64,000 bases of DNA from Desulfuromonadales bacterium. GTDB taxonomy: Bacteria > Desulfobacterota > Desulfuromonadia > Desulfuromonadales > SZUA-540. How positions within the stretch are numbered: position 1 is the first letter of the stretch; each line of letters begins with the position of its first letter. The position numbers and the translations under genes are program-made. The stretch spans positions 90,064 through 154,063 of the forward strand of contig JAWSUS010000006.1 in assembly GCA_033549025.1 (NCBI GenBank), written 5' to 3'. Below are positions 30,461 to 41,044 of the stretch, in pieces. Below the pieces are notes generated by a model. It worked only from the letters and a program-made list of their open reading frames with translations, was not told the DNA's origin and ran no database searches.

Positions 30461-31648
30461 CTAGAGGCCAACTTCCTTGGCCAATTTCTCCCAGGCCGGC
30501 AGGCTGCGATGGATCACGGCTGTGTCGATGCAGTAGGCGATGCGGAAAAACCCGGGGGCGCCGAAGCCGCTGCCTGGAACCAGAAGGATATTGTGCTTCT
30601 GGGCGAGGCGGACGAAGGCGACATCATCGGGCAGGGGAGAGCGGGGGAAGAGATAGAACGCTCCGCCAGGTTTAACCATGGTGAAGCCCATGGCGGTGAG
30701 ATTGTCGTAAAGAAGATCGCGTTTGGCCTGATATTCCTGGATGTCGACACTTTCTCTTTGCAGAGGGGTGACCAATCGCTGAACCAGCGCCGGGGCGTTG
30801 ACGAAGCCGAGCACACGATTGCAGAAAACGGCGCCCTCGATAAAAACAGCGACATTGTCCATGGCGGGATTGACGGCCAGGTAGCCGATCCGCTCACCGG
30901 GTAGGGCCAGATCCTTGGAGTGGGAAGTGACGATGACGGCGTTTTTCACATGATGGAAAATGCCGGGAACCTGCTGATCATCGTAAAGAATACGGGCGTA
31001 GGGTTCATCGGATATAAGGAATATCTGGCGGTCCAGTTCCTTTTCCTTGCGGGCCAGCAGTTGTCCCAACCGCTGAAGAGCTTCGGCCGGGTAAATAACA
31101 CCCGTGGGGTTGTTGGGCGAATTGATGATTATGGCGGCGGTCTTTTCGGTTATCGCTTGCTCAATAGCCGCCAGATCCAGTTGGAAGGAGTCCGGCTGGG
31201 TCTGCACTTCCCGGGTCGTGCCGCCATGATTGTCAATGTAAAACCGGTATTCGACAAAGAAAGGGGCCAGCACGATGACTTCATCGCCGGGATTAAGGAC
31301 GGTTTTAAGGACAACATTGAGGGCGGCGCCGGCCCCACAGGTCATCACCACATGGTTGGCGGTCAGCGCCTGGGGTGATTTTTCGGAAACCACTTCGGCG
31401 ACGGCCACCCTGGTTTCTTCATAACCGGCGTTGTTCATGTAGCGGTGCATCCCCGGGATAGGGTTGTTGGCCAGCTTGAGCAGTTCCTCGCGGAAAGCTT
31501 CGGGCGGCTCCATGCAGGGGTTGCCAAGCGTGAAATCGAAGACATTTTCATCGCCATGGATTTTGCGGAGCATGGCCCCTTCTTCGAACATTTTGCGGAT
31601 CCAGGAAGCCTTTTCGATGAAGCTGGACACCTTGACAGATATGGACAT
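30461..31648 (-). CDS. PLP-dependent aminotransferase class I/II (aspartate aminotransferase-like)
   Basis: NSPNNPTG, SDEPY, SHSKDLALPGERIGY, PGSGFG. Confidence 0.92.
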   Translation of the reverse strand: MSISVKVSSFIEKASWIRKMFEEGAMLRKIHGDENVFDFTLGNPCMEPPEAFREELLKLANNPIPGMHRYMNNAGYEETRVAVAEVVSEKSPQALTANHVVMTCGAGAALNVVLKTVLNPGDEVIVLAPFFVEYRFYIDNHGGTTREVQTQPDSFQLDLAAIEQAITEKTAAIIINSPNNPTGVIYPAEALQRLGQLLARKEKELDRQIFLISDEPYARILYDDQQVPGIFHHVKNAVIVTSHSKDLALPGERIGYLAVNPAMDNVAVFIEGAVFCNRVLGFVNAPALVQRLVTPLQRESVDIQEYQAKRDLLYDNLTAMGFTMVKPGGAFYLFPRSPLPDDVAFVRLAQKHNILLVPGSGFGAPGFFRIAYCIDTAVIHRSLPAWEKLAKEVGL

Positions 31649-31855
31649 GAGTGACTCCTTCGGGGTGATTAAAAAAGGCGCTCAGTTTATCTTTGACGAT
31701 AGGGCAGGGTCAAGGGGAAAGGGAGGGACGGCAGGTTCTGCCGACCTTGCCGTGTAACTTGCCGTTTCCATATATTGTCCTGGTTTTTATTGCATTTTTC
31801 GGTTTGATGTTCTAGATTTTCGGCTTCGGTTTATCTTCCAGATGCAGGGGGCGAT

Positions 31856-32935
31856 ATGGGAAAGGAAAAAGGCAGGCTCGATGATTTGCGTCATCGCATC
31901 GACTCCATTGATGACGACATTCTGTCTCTGCTGAATGAGAGGGCTAAAGTCGTCATCGAAGTCGGCAAGACCAAAGAGGGCGACAGGCAGGAATTTTACG
32001 TTCCCAGCCGTGAGATGGCTATCTATCAGCGCCTGACCGCCCACAATCCCGGGCCTTTTCCTTCTGAGGCCATTCGCCGGGTATTCCGGGAGATTATTTC
32101 GGCCTCCCTGGCTCTGGAACATCCAATGAAGGTCGCCTTTTTGGGTCCGCAGGCGACCTTTACCCATGCCGCTGCCCTGCAACAATTCGGTCTTTCCGCC
32201 CAGCTCGTGCCGCAAAGGAGTATTCCGGCGGTCTTTGATGAGGTCTTGCGCGGCCGGTGCCATTATGGCGTTGTTCCCGTCGAGAATTCGACAGAGGGGG
32301 TTGTCTCTCACACCCTGGATATGTTCATGGATTCGGACCTGCAGATTAACGCGGAAATTCTGCTGGAAATATCCCACGATCTGCTCTCCCTCTCCGGCGA
32401 CCTTGAGCGCGTCAGAAAGGTCGTTTCCCACCCGCAGGCCTTGGCCCAGTGCCGCAAATGGCTGGAAGACAATCTGCCCGATATCCCTCTGGTCGATGTC
32501 GGCAGCACCGCTCTGGCGGCCCAGATGGTAGCCGAAGACGATGCCGCCGCCGCCATCGCCAGCGAAATGGCCGCTTCCCTGTACGGGCTGCGGGTGGCCA
32601 AAAAGAAGATCGAGGACAACCCGAACAATTACACGCGCTTTCTGGTCATTGGCAGAAAAAGACCGGCGCGAAGCGGGCAGGACAAAACCTCCATCATGTT
32701 CAGTGTCAAGGACGAGCCTGGCATTTTGTATCGCATGCTTGAACCTTTCAGCACACGTCAAATTAACCTGTCCAAAATCGAAAGCCGGCCCCTGAAGAAA
32801 AAAGCCTGGGAATATATCTTTTTCCTCGATATTGAAGGACATCTGGAGGATGACCGGGTGAAGGAAGCCGTTGAAGATTTGCGCCAGTACTGCCAATTCC
32901 TTAAGGTCCTTGGCTCCTACCCGAGAATCCGATAA
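31856..32935 (+). CDS. pheA: Chorismate mutase/prephenate dehydratase
   Basis: CM domain LRHRIDSID; PVENSTEG, SHPQALAQC, NYTRF; ACT domain NLSKIESRP. Confidence 0.96.
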   Translation: MGKEKGRLDDLRHRIDSIDDDILSLLNERAKVVIEVGKTKEGDRQEFYVPSREMAIYQRLTAHNPGPFPSEAIRRVFREIISASLALEHPMKVAFLGPQATFTHAAALQQFGLSAQLVPQRSIPAVFDEVLRGRCHYGVVPVENSTEGVVSHTLDMFMDSDLQINAEILLEISHDLLSLSGDLERVRKVVSHPQALAQCRKWLEDNLPDIPLVDVGSTALAAQMVAEDDAAAAIASEMAASLYGLRVAKKKIEDNPNNYTRFLVIGRKRPARSGQDKTSIMFSVKDEPGILYRMLEPFSTRQINLSKIESRPLKKKAWEYIFFLDIEGHLEDDRVKEAVEDLRQYCQFLKVLGSYPRIR

Positions 32936-32957
32936 GCGTGAAGGATGTTTTTTTGCA

Positions 32958-33830
32958 ATGAAAGATAATCCGGTTTTTATTCCCAAGCTGGCCGTGGTCG
33001 GCGTTGGGCTCATCGGCGGATCTCTGGCTCTGGCCCTGAAGTCGGCCAAGGCTGTTGGAGAGGTTGTCGGCATCGGGCGAGGGCTCGCCAACCTGGAAAA
33101 AGCGCTCGAGCTGGGTGTGGTGGACCGCATCGAGCAGGATTCCTGCGCAGGCGTCGCTGACGCCGATCTCGTTTTTCTGGCCACCCCCGTCCGCTCACTG
33201 GAATCCGTTGCCGCTGTCATTGCCCCGTCCATGAAGCCGGGAGCGGTGCTGACCGACGGCGGCAGTGTCAAGGCCGAGGTGGTCCGGGCCATTGAACCGC
33301 TGATGCCCGCCGGCGTCCATTTCGTGCCGGGGCATCCGATTGCCGGCACCGAAAAGAGCGGCGCCGAGGCGGCTTTTGCTACGCTGTACCAGGGCAAACG
33401 CTGCATCCTTACCCCGACAGAAGCCACGAACCCGGCCGCTTTGGATCTGGTGAAAAGGGTCTGGGAAAGGGCCGGCAGCGAGGTCGTGCTTATGGATGTC
33501 GAAAAACATGACCGGATTCTGGCCGCCATCAGCCATCTCCCCCATATGGTGGCCTATTCGCTGGTCAACTCGGTCGGTTCTTATGACCGCTATCCGGAGA
33601 ATATCCTGGACTACTCGGCCGGCGGCTTTCGGGACTTTACCCGCATCGCATCTTCGGACCCCACCATGTGGCGTGACATCGCCATGACCAACAGGGAAGC
33701 CCTGGTTGAAATGATGGAGAATTTCGAGGCGTGTTTTGCCGAATTAAAAAAGGATGTCCGGGAGGGCGACGGTGAGAAACTTTTCGAGTTTTTCATGCGC
33801 TCCAAAAAGAGCCGGGACGCCATTCTCTGA
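32958..33830 (+). CDS. tyrA: Prephenate/arogenate dehydrogenase
   Basis: GVGLIGGS, DGGSVK, GHPIAGTE, HD..SHLPH, GGFRDFTRIA; start at ATG 32958. Confidence 0.94.
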   Translation: MKDNPVFIPKLAVVGVGLIGGSLALALKSAKAVGEVVGIGRGLANLEKALELGVVDRIEQDSCAGVADADLVFLATPVRSLESVAAVIAPSMKPGAVLTDGGSVKAEVVRAIEPLMPAGVHFVPGHPIAGTEKSGAEAAFATLYQGKRCILTPTEATNPAALDLVKRVWERAGSEVVLMDVEKHDRILAAISHLPHMVAYSLVNSVGSYDRYPENILDYSAGGFRDFTRIASSDPTMWRDIAMTNREALVEMMENFEACFAELKKDVREGDGEKLFEFFMRSKKSRDAIL

Positions 33831-33876
33831 TTTTCCCACAAATCGACGCCATCCTTTTGCTTGAAGGAGTTTTCAT

Positions 33877-35169
33877 ATGTCGCAATCCAAAACAGTGAGC
33901 CCGGCTGCTGGGCTGAAGGGGGAGATTGCTGTCCCCGGCGATAAATCCATTTCTCATCGCTCCATCATGCTGGGCTCTTTGGCCGACGGGGTCACGGTGG
34001 TCCATGGGTTTCTGCACGGGGAAGATAATCACGCTACCCTCAACGCGTTTCGCTCCATGGGCGTTGAGATTGAGAACCTGCCGGGGGATGGCCTCAAAAT
34101 CCACGGACGGGGACTGGATGGCCTGCAAGAGCCGGCCGATGTCATTGACTGCGGCAATTCGGGGACGACTATCCGGCTGATGACCGGCCTGCTGGCCGGG
34201 CAACGGTTTTTTAGCGTCCTCACGGGGGATCGTTATCTGCGCAAAAGGCCCATGCGCCGGGTGGTTGAGCCCCTTTCCCGCATGGGAGCGCGCATTTGGG
34301 GCCGCCAGGGAGGGCAGCTGGCGCCTCTGGCTCTGCAGGGAGGAAAGCTCGAAGGGCTCGACTATGATTCTCCTATTGCCAGCGCTCAGGTGAAGTCCGC
34401 TTTGCTTTTGGCCGGACTTTACGCCGACAGTCCCACCACCGTGAAAGAGCCGCATCTGTCCCGGGATCACAGCGAGCGCATGCTCACGTATTTTGGGGCC
34501 AAGGTCGAGCCATTTGCCGGCGGCGTGCGCATATTCCCCCGGCCTGCCCTCAAGGGCCGGGAAGTTCACGTCCCCGGCGACATTTCCTCGGCCGCCTTTT
34601 TTATGGTCGCGGCCCTGGTTACCCCCGGTTCCGATGTCTTGATCCGCAATGTCGGTATCAACCCGACACGCAGCGGTATTATCGATATCCTGCAAGCCAT
34701 GGGCGGCGATCTGCGTGTCCTCGACCCCCGTGAGCATTCGGGCGAGCCGGTCGCTGATATTCATGTCAGGAGCAGCGACCTGCAGGGCATCGACATTGGT
34801 GGAGAACTGGTGCCGAGGGCCATCGATGAATTTCCCGTTGTCAGTGTCGCCGCCTGTTTTGCCCAGGGTCAGACCGTTATTCGCGACGCCCGCGAACTGC
34901 GTGTCAAGGAAACGGATCGCATAGCGGCCATGACCTCGGAACTCACCAAACTGGGGGCCTCTGTCGAGCCCCGGGAGGACGGCATGGTGATTTCCGGTGG
35001 GCAGCCGTTGCAGGGCGGCCACGTCATCTCCCATGGCGATCACCGCATTGCCATGAGCATGGCTGTTGCGGCGCTGGTCGCGGCCGGCCCCGTAACGATT
35101 GATGATGTGCAGTGTACAGCGACATCCTTTCCGAATTTTTGGGAATTGCTGGAAGGTATTCGGCTTTAG
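33877..35169 (+). CDS. aroA: 3-phosphoshikimate 1-carboxyvinyltransferase
   Basis: PGDKSISHR, GNSGTT, SAQVKSA, RDHSE, ELRVKETDRI, DHRIAM. Confidence 0.97.
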   Translation: MSQSKTVSPAAGLKGEIAVPGDKSISHRSIMLGSLADGVTVVHGFLHGEDNHATLNAFRSMGVEIENLPGDGLKIHGRGLDGLQEPADVIDCGNSGTTIRLMTGLLAGQRFFSVLTGDRYLRKRPMRRVVEPLSRMGARIWGRQGGQLAPLALQGGKLEGLDYDSPIASAQVKSALLLAGLYADSPTTVKEPHLSRDHSERMLTYFGAKVEPFAGGVRIFPRPALKGREVHVPGDISSAAFFMVAALVTPGSDVLIRNVGINPTRSGIIDILQAMGGDLRVLDPREHSGEPVADIHVRSSDLQGIDIGGELVPRAIDEFPVVSVAACFAQGQTVIRDARELRVKETDRIAAMTSELTKLGASVEPREDGMVISGGQPLQGGHVISHGDHRIAMSMAVAALVAAGPVTIDDVQCTATSFPNFWELLEGIRL

Positions 35170-35235
35170 AAGAATGCGGAGTTTGTTTGCCGCTTTTAAC
35201 AGCACATCAGTTTGTGCGTATGTGGAGTTTTTTGC

Positions 35236-35916
35236 GTGAAAAAAGGATTGATTGTAGCCATAGATGGCCCCTCGGGGGCCGGCAAGAGTACCCTTAGTAA
35301 ACGCCTGGCCGAAGAGTTGGGATATATCAATATCGATACAGGGGCCATGTATCGTGCCTTTGCCCTGTTCGCTCAGGAAAAAGGAATCGACCCCGCCGAT
35401 GAAGAGGGCCTGGCCCGACTGTGTCCGCAGGTCCTGATCGAATTCTCCCGAGAGGGTGCGCAGGAGAAGGTTCTTCTCAACGGGGAGGATGTCTCCGCCG
35501 ATATTCGGACGCCTGAAATCAGCCTCCTGACTTCCCGCATCGCGGCCTGCCCCGCTGTGCGACGCACTCTGGTTGATCTGCAGCGCCGTATGGGCGAGAA
35601 GGGCGGGGTGGTGCTGGAGGGGCGTGACATCGGCACCGTGGTTTTTCCTGATGCCGAGATTAAATTCTTCCTCGTCGCTACTTCGGAGGAGCGCGGCAGA
35701 CGTCGCTATGAGGAGCTCAAAGCCAAAGGGCTTGAGGTGGATCTCCCCCAGACCATCGCCGAAGTCGAGAAGCGCGATGCCGATGACAGCGCCCGTGCCG
35801 AAGCACCTCTTCTGCAGGCCGCTGACGCCATTGCCATTGACACGACCCGGATGACCATCGATGAAGTGCTGGATGAAATGCTGCGGGTTGTACGACACCG
35901 TCTGGCGACAGTATAG
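35236..35916 (+). CDS. cmk: Cytidylate kinase
   Basis: IDGPSGAGKST, DTGAMYR, EGRDIGTVVFPDA; GTG start. Confidence 0.96.
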   Translation: MKKGLIVAIDGPSGAGKSTLSKRLAEELGYINIDTGAMYRAFALFAQEKGIDPADEEGLARLCPQVLIEFSREGAQEKVLLNGEDVSADIRTPEISLLTSRIAACPAVRRTLVDLQRRMGEKGGVVLEGRDIGTVVFPDAEIKFFLVATSEERGRRRYEELKAKGLEVDLPQTIAEVEKRDADDSARAEAPLLQAADAIAIDTTRMTIDEVLDEMLRVVRHRLATV

Positions 35917-35933
35917 GAGGCTTCAGTCTACGG

Positions 35934-36773
35934 ATGAAAATCATTCTGGCAAAAAGCGCCGGCTTCTGTTTCGGGGTCAAAAGAGCCACCAGTATGGCCT
36001 TTGACTCCGCCGCCTCCCACCATCGCATCTGTTCGTTGGGCCCTATCATACATTCCCCGCAACTGGTCAAGAAACTGGAAGAGGAGGGGGTCAGCGTGGT
36101 AGGGCGTGTGGAAGACATTCACGAGGGGGCCGTCATTATCCGTTCCCACGGCATCACGGCCGATGAGATGGCAGGCCTCGCCACCAAGGGATTGGAGGTC
36201 GTGGATGCCACCTGTCCTTTTGTCAAAAAAGCCCAGGATCACGCCGCCATGCTCAGCGCTGAGGGGTATGTGGTCGTTCTGGTCGGGGAGGAGGAGCATC
36301 CCGAAGTACAGGGGATTGTCTCTTATGCCGCTGGCGTCGATGTTTACGTCGTCCCCGATCAGGCGAAAGCGGAAAGGATACCTCGCAGCAAGAAAATAGG
36401 CGTCGTCGCCCAGACGACCCAGCCGTTCGAGAATCTGCGCCAGGTTGTCGACGTCTGTTTGCGAAAAAGCAAGGAATTGCGCGTTTTCAATACGATCTGC
36501 GATGCAACCTCGGTCCGCCAGAGTGAGGCAAGGGATATCGCCAGACAGGTTGACCTGATGCTGGTCATCGGCGGTTTCAACAGCGCCAATACCAACCGCC
36601 TTGCCCAGCTCTGTACGGAGATCCAGCCACGAACCTATCATGTCGAAACGGCAAGTGAAATCGATGGCGGCTGGTTCACCGGCGTTCAAACCGTGGGGAT
36701 AACCGCCGGCGCCTCAACACCACAGTGGATCATCGATGAAGTTGTGGATAAGGTGTCCGGGTTGAAAAAATAA
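35934..36773 (+). CDS. ispH: 4-hydroxy-3-methylbut-2-enyl diphosphate reductase
   Basis: GFCFGV, DATCPFV, HPEV, QTT, NTICDAT, TAGASTP. Confidence 0.96.
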   Translation: MKIILAKSAGFCFGVKRATSMAFDSAASHHRICSLGPIIHSPQLVKKLEEEGVSVVGRVEDIHEGAVIIRSHGITADEMAGLATKGLEVVDATCPFVKKAQDHAAMLSAEGYVVVLVGEEEHPEVQGIVSYAAGVDVYVVPDQAKAERIPRSKKIGVVAQTTQPFENLRQVVDVCLRKSKELRVFNTICDATSVRQSEARDIARQVDLMLVIGGFNSANTNRLAQLCTEIQPRTYHVETASEIDGGWFTGVQTVGITAGASTPQWIIDEVVDKVSGLKK

Positions 36774-36875
36774 AATAATTTGTTTTTTTAAAGACTTTGT
36801 GCTAAGTTCCGACGTCATGGCTTTGGCCATACTGTCTGAAAAATGACAGGAAATTCGCTAGGGGGTAACACTTTA

Positions 36876-38612
36876 ATGGTGGAAAACAACGAAAACGCAA
36901 ATGAACTGATGGAAAACGAAGACGAGTTTGGGGGCATGGAAGAAAGCTTCGAAGCTCTTTTTGAGAACAGCCTGAAGGAGCTGAAGGCTGGGAACGTGGT
37001 CACCGGCACTATCGTTCAGGTCAACCCTGATTCGGTCGTTGTCGATGTCGGCGGAAAGTCGGAAGGACTCATTCCGATCGCCGAGTTCCTCGATGACAAC
37101 GGTCAGGTGAAGACTGACCTTAAAGTCGGCGACCAGTTCGATGTTTTGATCGAGCGTACAGAAAATGAAAACGGTCTGATCAGCCTGTCGAAAGAAAAAG
37201 CCGATCGGATGAAGATATGGAACACCCTGGAAGAAGGGGCCGATGTTGAAGGACGTATCGTTTCTCGCATCAAGGGCGGGCTTTCTGTCGATATCGGCGT
37301 GATTGCCTTCCTGCCCGGTTCGCAGGTCGATCTCCGTCCCGTGCGCAATCTGGACAAGATGATCGGCGAAACCTACAAATTCAAAATCATCAAACTCAAC
37401 AAGCGCCGTGGCAATATTGTCCTTTCCCGTCGCGTTCTGTTGGAAGATCAGCGGGAAAACCTCCGCGCCGACACCCTCGAGAAGCTGGAAGAGGGGCAGG
37501 TGTTCGAGGGGATCGTCAAGAATCTTACCGATTACGGTGCCTTTATCGACCTCGGTGGCATTGACGGCCTGCTCCATATCACTGACATGTCCTGGGGTCG
37601 GGTCAGCCATCCCTCCGACATTCTGTCTGTCGGCGATAAAATCAAAGTCAAGGTCCTCAAGTTTGACCGCGAAAAAGAGCGCGTCTCTCTGGGCCTCAAG
37701 CAAATCACGCCTGATCCCTGGCTGGAAGTCGAGTCCAAATACCCCGTGGGGATGCGTGTCACCGGCAAGGTCGTCAGCCTTACCGATTATGGCGCCTTTG
37801 TGGAACTGGATGAAGGTGTTGAAGGTCTGATCCATGTCTCCGAGATGAGCTGGACCAAGCGCATCAAGCATCCCAACAAGGTCCTCAGCATCGGCGACGA
37901 AGTCGAGTCCGTCGTGCTGGCCCTGGATATCCCCAACCGTCGCATTTCTCTCGGTCTCAAACAGGTCGAACCCAACCCCTGGGACGTGATTGGCGAGAAA
38001 TTCCCCGCCGGTACCGTGATCGAAGGCCAGGTCAAGAACATCACCGATTTCGGTATCTTCGTCGGTGTTGACGAAGGGATTGACGGTCTGGTGCATATCT
38101 CTGACCTTTCCTGGACCAAGCGGATCAAGCATCCTTCTGAAATCTACAAAAAGGGTGACATCGTTAAAGCGGTCGTTCTCAACATCGATCGCGAAAACGA
38201 GCGATTCTCTCTCGGTATCAAGCAGCTGGCCATGGATCCCTGGGAAACCATTCCTACCCGCTACGCTCCCGGTACCATCATTCGCGGCAAGGTGACCTCC
38301 GTTACCGATTTCGGCATCTTTGTGGAAGTGGAAGAGGGAATCGAAGGGCTGATTCATGTTTCTGAAATCAGCAAGGAGAAGATCGACTCTCCGAAAAGCT
38401 TTGCCAACGTCGGGGATGAAATCGAGGCGGTTGTGCTCAACGTCGACACGGCTGATCGCAAAATCGCCCTCTCCATTAAACATCTGGCTACTCAAAAAGA
38501 GAAAGCCGAGGTCGATGCTTTCCTTGGCGCCCAAAAGAGCGCAACCTCCAACTTCGGGGATTTGCTGCAGGGTGCCTTGAACAAGGCCGGCGAAGACAAG
38601 TCTGAAGACTGA
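36876..38612 (+). CDS. rpsA: 30S ribosomal protein S1
   Basis: Six S1 repeats (YGAFIDLGG, DGLLHITDMSW, RISLGLKQ). Confidence 0.98.
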   Translation: MVENNENANELMENEDEFGGMEESFEALFENSLKELKAGNVVTGTIVQVNPDSVVVDVGGKSEGLIPIAEFLDDNGQVKTDLKVGDQFDVLIERTENENGLISLSKEKADRMKIWNTLEEGADVEGRIVSRIKGGLSVDIGVIAFLPGSQVDLRPVRNLDKMIGETYKFKIIKLNKRRGNIVLSRRVLLEDQRENLRADTLEKLEEGQVFEGIVKNLTDYGAFIDLGGIDGLLHITDMSWGRVSHPSDILSVGDKIKVKVLKFDREKERVSLGLKQITPDPWLEVESKYPVGMRVTGKVVSLTDYGAFVELDEGVEGLIHVSEMSWTKRIKHPNKVLSIGDEVESVVLALDIPNRRISLGLKQVEPNPWDVIGEKFPAGTVIEGQVKNITDFGIFVGVDEGIDGLVHISDLSWTKRIKHPSEIYKKGDIVKAVVLNIDRENERFSLGIKQLAMDPWETIPTRYAPGTIIRGKVTSVTDFGIFVEVEEGIEGLIHVSEISKEKIDSPKSFANVGDEIEAVVLNVDTADRKIALSIKHLATQKEKAEVDAFLGAQKSATSNFGDLLQGALNKAGEDKSED

Positions 38613-38634
38613 GCCCTTCTGACGATGAACATCC

Positions 38635-38664
38635 GGAGCCCCCGCTTGTCAAGGCGGGGGCTCC
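38635..38664 (+). other. GC-rich stem-loop after rpsA (weak terminator or mRNA stabiliser)
   Basis: GGAGCCCCCGC...GCGGGGGCTCC; no U tract. Confidence 0.55.
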
Positions 38665-38683
38665 TCCATCTCAGGCGATTTGC

Positions 38684-39574
38684 ATGAAAAAAAGACCATT
38701 TTTGATGGCCCTGATTGTCCTTGGAGCCATCTTTCTTTTTTTTCTTATCATTGTTGGCATTATTTCCAGCATGACGGGAACCTCGACTTCCCTCCCCATC
38801 GGTGAAAAGATCGGTGTGGTTGAAGTCAAGGGTGCCATCATGACGTCTGAGGACGTTATCCAACGACTGACGCACCTTCGCGATGACAGCAGCATGAAAG
38901 CGGTGGTATTGCGTGTCGATTCCCCTGGCGGCGGGGTAGGGCCATCTCAGGAAATCTATACAGAAGTTCAGAAACTGGCTCAAGTGAAGCCCGTCGTTGT
39001 CTCCATGGGGTCTGTCGCCGCCTCGGGTGGTTACTACATCGCCATTCCCGCCCACCAGATCGTCGCTAATCCCGGCACCATCACCGGCAGTATTGGTGTC
39101 ATCATGGAATTTACGAACTTTCAGGAACTTCTTCAGAAAATCGGCCTTAAAAGTCAGGTCGTAAAGAGTGGCGAGCATAAGGACATCGGTTCTCCTGTCC
39201 GCCCCATGACCCCTGATGATCGGCAGATCCTGCAGTCTCTTATTGATGATGTGCACTCCCAGTTCGTTTCCGCCGTGGCCCAAGGACGTGAACTTCCCCT
39301 TGATAAAGCGAAAGCTCTGGCCGATGGAAGAATTTATACCGGGAGGCAGGCTCTCGAAGCTGGTCTCGTGGATCGGCTCGGCAATATGCAGGATGCCATT
39401 GATCTGGCTGCCGAATTGGCCGAGATCGAAGGTAAACCGCGTGTTATCTATCCCCGTGAGACCAAACCGAAATTGTTTAACTATCTGGTTGAAGAAACCC
39501 TTCATTCTATGCGCCAAGGACTTCAGGAACAACCTGTTGGCGGGATGCAGTTTATCTGGGAAGGTTTAAATTAG
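38684..39574 (+). CDS. sppA: Signal peptide peptidase SppA (36K type)
   Basis: VDSPGG, KPVVVSMG..AASGGYY, TGSIGV, KSGEHKD, ADGRIYTG. Confidence 0.94.
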   Translation: MKKRPFLMALIVLGAIFLFFLIIVGIISSMTGTSTSLPIGEKIGVVEVKGAIMTSEDVIQRLTHLRDDSSMKAVVLRVDSPGGGVGPSQEIYTEVQKLAQVKPVVVSMGSVAASGGYYIAIPAHQIVANPGTITGSIGVIMEFTNFQELLQKIGLKSQVVKSGEHKDIGSPVRPMTPDDRQILQSLIDDVHSQFVSAVAQGRELPLDKAKALADGRIYTGRQALEAGLVDRLGNMQDAIDLAAELAEIEGKPRVIYPRETKPKLFNYLVEETLHSMRQGLQEQPVGGMQFIWEGLN

Positions 39575-39587
39575 GAGGCATTTTGTC

Positions 39588-39869
39588 ATGACCAAAAGTG
39601 AACTGATCGAGCGTTTGTCTTTTGAGAGCACCTCTCTCAACAAAAAAGAATCGGAACTGATCGTAAATACTATTTTTGACAGTATTGGTGGGGCGCTCGT
39701 TGATGGTGAACGCGTTGAAATTCGCGGTTTTGGTTCGTTCACTGTCCGTGAACGAGATGCCCGTGAAGCCCGTAACCCTAAAAGTGGTGAAATCGTCAGG
39801 ATTCCTTGTAAAAAAACACCTTTTTTCAAAACGGGCAAAGAACTCAGAGAAAAAGTCAATACCGATTGA
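39588..39869 (+). CDS. ihfB: Integration host factor beta subunit
   Basis: MTKSELI, RVEIRGFGSF, ARNPKSG, PFFKTGKELRE; follows rpsA-sppA. Confidence 0.93.
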   Translation: MTKSELIERLSFESTSLNKKESELIVNTIFDSIGGALVDGERVEIRGFGSFTVRERDAREARNPKSGEIVRIPCKKTPFFKTGKELREKVNTD

Positions 39870-39939
39870 TTTTTTGACACGACAGGCGTGAATGAACTTT
39901 CGTGAATCGTCCATTCGTTCTTTTCTGGTGTCATTCAGC

Positions 39940-39978
39940 AAAAAAAAGCCCTGTCCATATGTCATGGATGGGGCTTTT
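39940..39978. terminator. Intrinsic terminator after ihfB
   Basis: AAAAGCCCTGTCCAT...ATGGATGGGGCTTTT. Confidence 0.7.
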
Positions 39979-40074
39979 GAATAGGCGTACAAACGATGGT
40001 CATTCAGGCGTACTGCTGGTGAGAAATCCATTTCTCGCTTTGAAGAATGATTTTTCCCTTGGCGCGGGTTGATT

Positions 40075-40998
40075 ATGGTTTTTAGATTTGTTCCCCAGAA
40101 AGAACACCGCGGTCAGCGCATCGATCAATTTATTCCGGCGGTGGATGATTCCTTTTCCCGTAGTAAAATTCGTAAAATTATCGATATAGGAGGCGTTCAC
40201 GTCGCAGGCAGGCGCCTTCGAAAATGTTCTTACCCCGTCCAGACAGGTGAGCAAATCGAAGTTCATGTGGATGGGCGGCCACTCGATATCTTCTCGTTGA
40301 CCCCCGAAAACATCATTTATCAGGACCCCTATATCGTTGTAGTTAATAAGCCTCCCGGAGTCGAAACCCAACCCACTCCCGCGCGCTATAAAGGCACCCT
40401 GTATGAGGCCCTTCTTCGACACCTGGGCAACCCCTTCCGCCCTCAGGATACGCCTGAAATCGGCATGGCTCAACGCCTCGACCGAGATACTTCTGGTGTC
40501 CTCGTTTTCTCTATTCATAGCAAAGCTCACAAGAACCTGACCCAATCCGTCGCTTCTCATCAGGTTGAAAAACGGTACCTCACTCTGGTCAGTGGGTGTC
40601 CTGAGACGGATCAAGGAGCAATTCGTTCTTTATTAGCGCGCCGACGAGCGGACAACCTCATGAAGTCGGTCGAAAAGGGGGGCAAAGAAGCCCTGACGCG
40701 TTATCGTGTTTTGCAGAAATTTCCAGATAGTTCGTTGCTTGAGGTTGAGATCCCTACCGGTCGTTCCCATCAGATTCGTGTACATTTGAAGGAAATCGGA
40801 CATCCCCTTCTCGGAGATACCCGGTATGGTGGTCCGGACCGACTGGGTCCTTTGTCTATTGGCCGACAGATGCTCCATGCCTGGACGATTGTTCTTCCTC
40901 ACCCTGTTCATGGAGATGTCCTAAAATGGGAGGCACCTGTGCCGCCCGATATGAACAGTCTGGTTGAAACCCTCTCTGGTTTGGCCCAGGCGGAATAA
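40075..40998 (+). CDS. RluA/RluD family pseudouridine synthase with S4 domain
   Basis: RIDQF S4-like start; NKPPG; QRLDRDTSG; TGRSHQIRVH; GHPLLGD..YG; QMLHA. Confidence 0.92.
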   Translation: MVFRFVPQKEHRGQRIDQFIPAVDDSFSRSKIRKIIDIGGVHVAGRRLRKCSYPVQTGEQIEVHVDGRPLDIFSLTPENIIYQDPYIVVVNKPPGVETQPTPARYKGTLYEALLRHLGNPFRPQDTPEIGMAQRLDRDTSGVLVFSIHSKAHKNLTQSVASHQVEKRYLTLVSGCPETDQGAIRSLLARRRADNLMKSVEKGGKEALTRYRVLQKFPDSSLLEVEIPTGRSHQIRVHLKEIGHPLLGDTRYGGPDRLGPLSIGRQMLHAWTIVLPHPVHGDVLKWEAPVPPDMNSLVETLSGLAQAE

Positions 40999-41044
40999 TT
41001 AAGCCTTGTTTTGAAGGAATGATACCTATTTTTAAGGACACCCC

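Noticed and set aside
31787..35898. 580-aa and 701-aa minus-strand ORFs
   Set aside because: Antisense to pheA, tyrA, aroA and cmk; typical of GC-rich codon bias.
36873..38534. 553-aa ORF antisense to rpsA
   Set aside because: Mirror frame of a highly biased gene; its repeats only reflect the S1 repeats.
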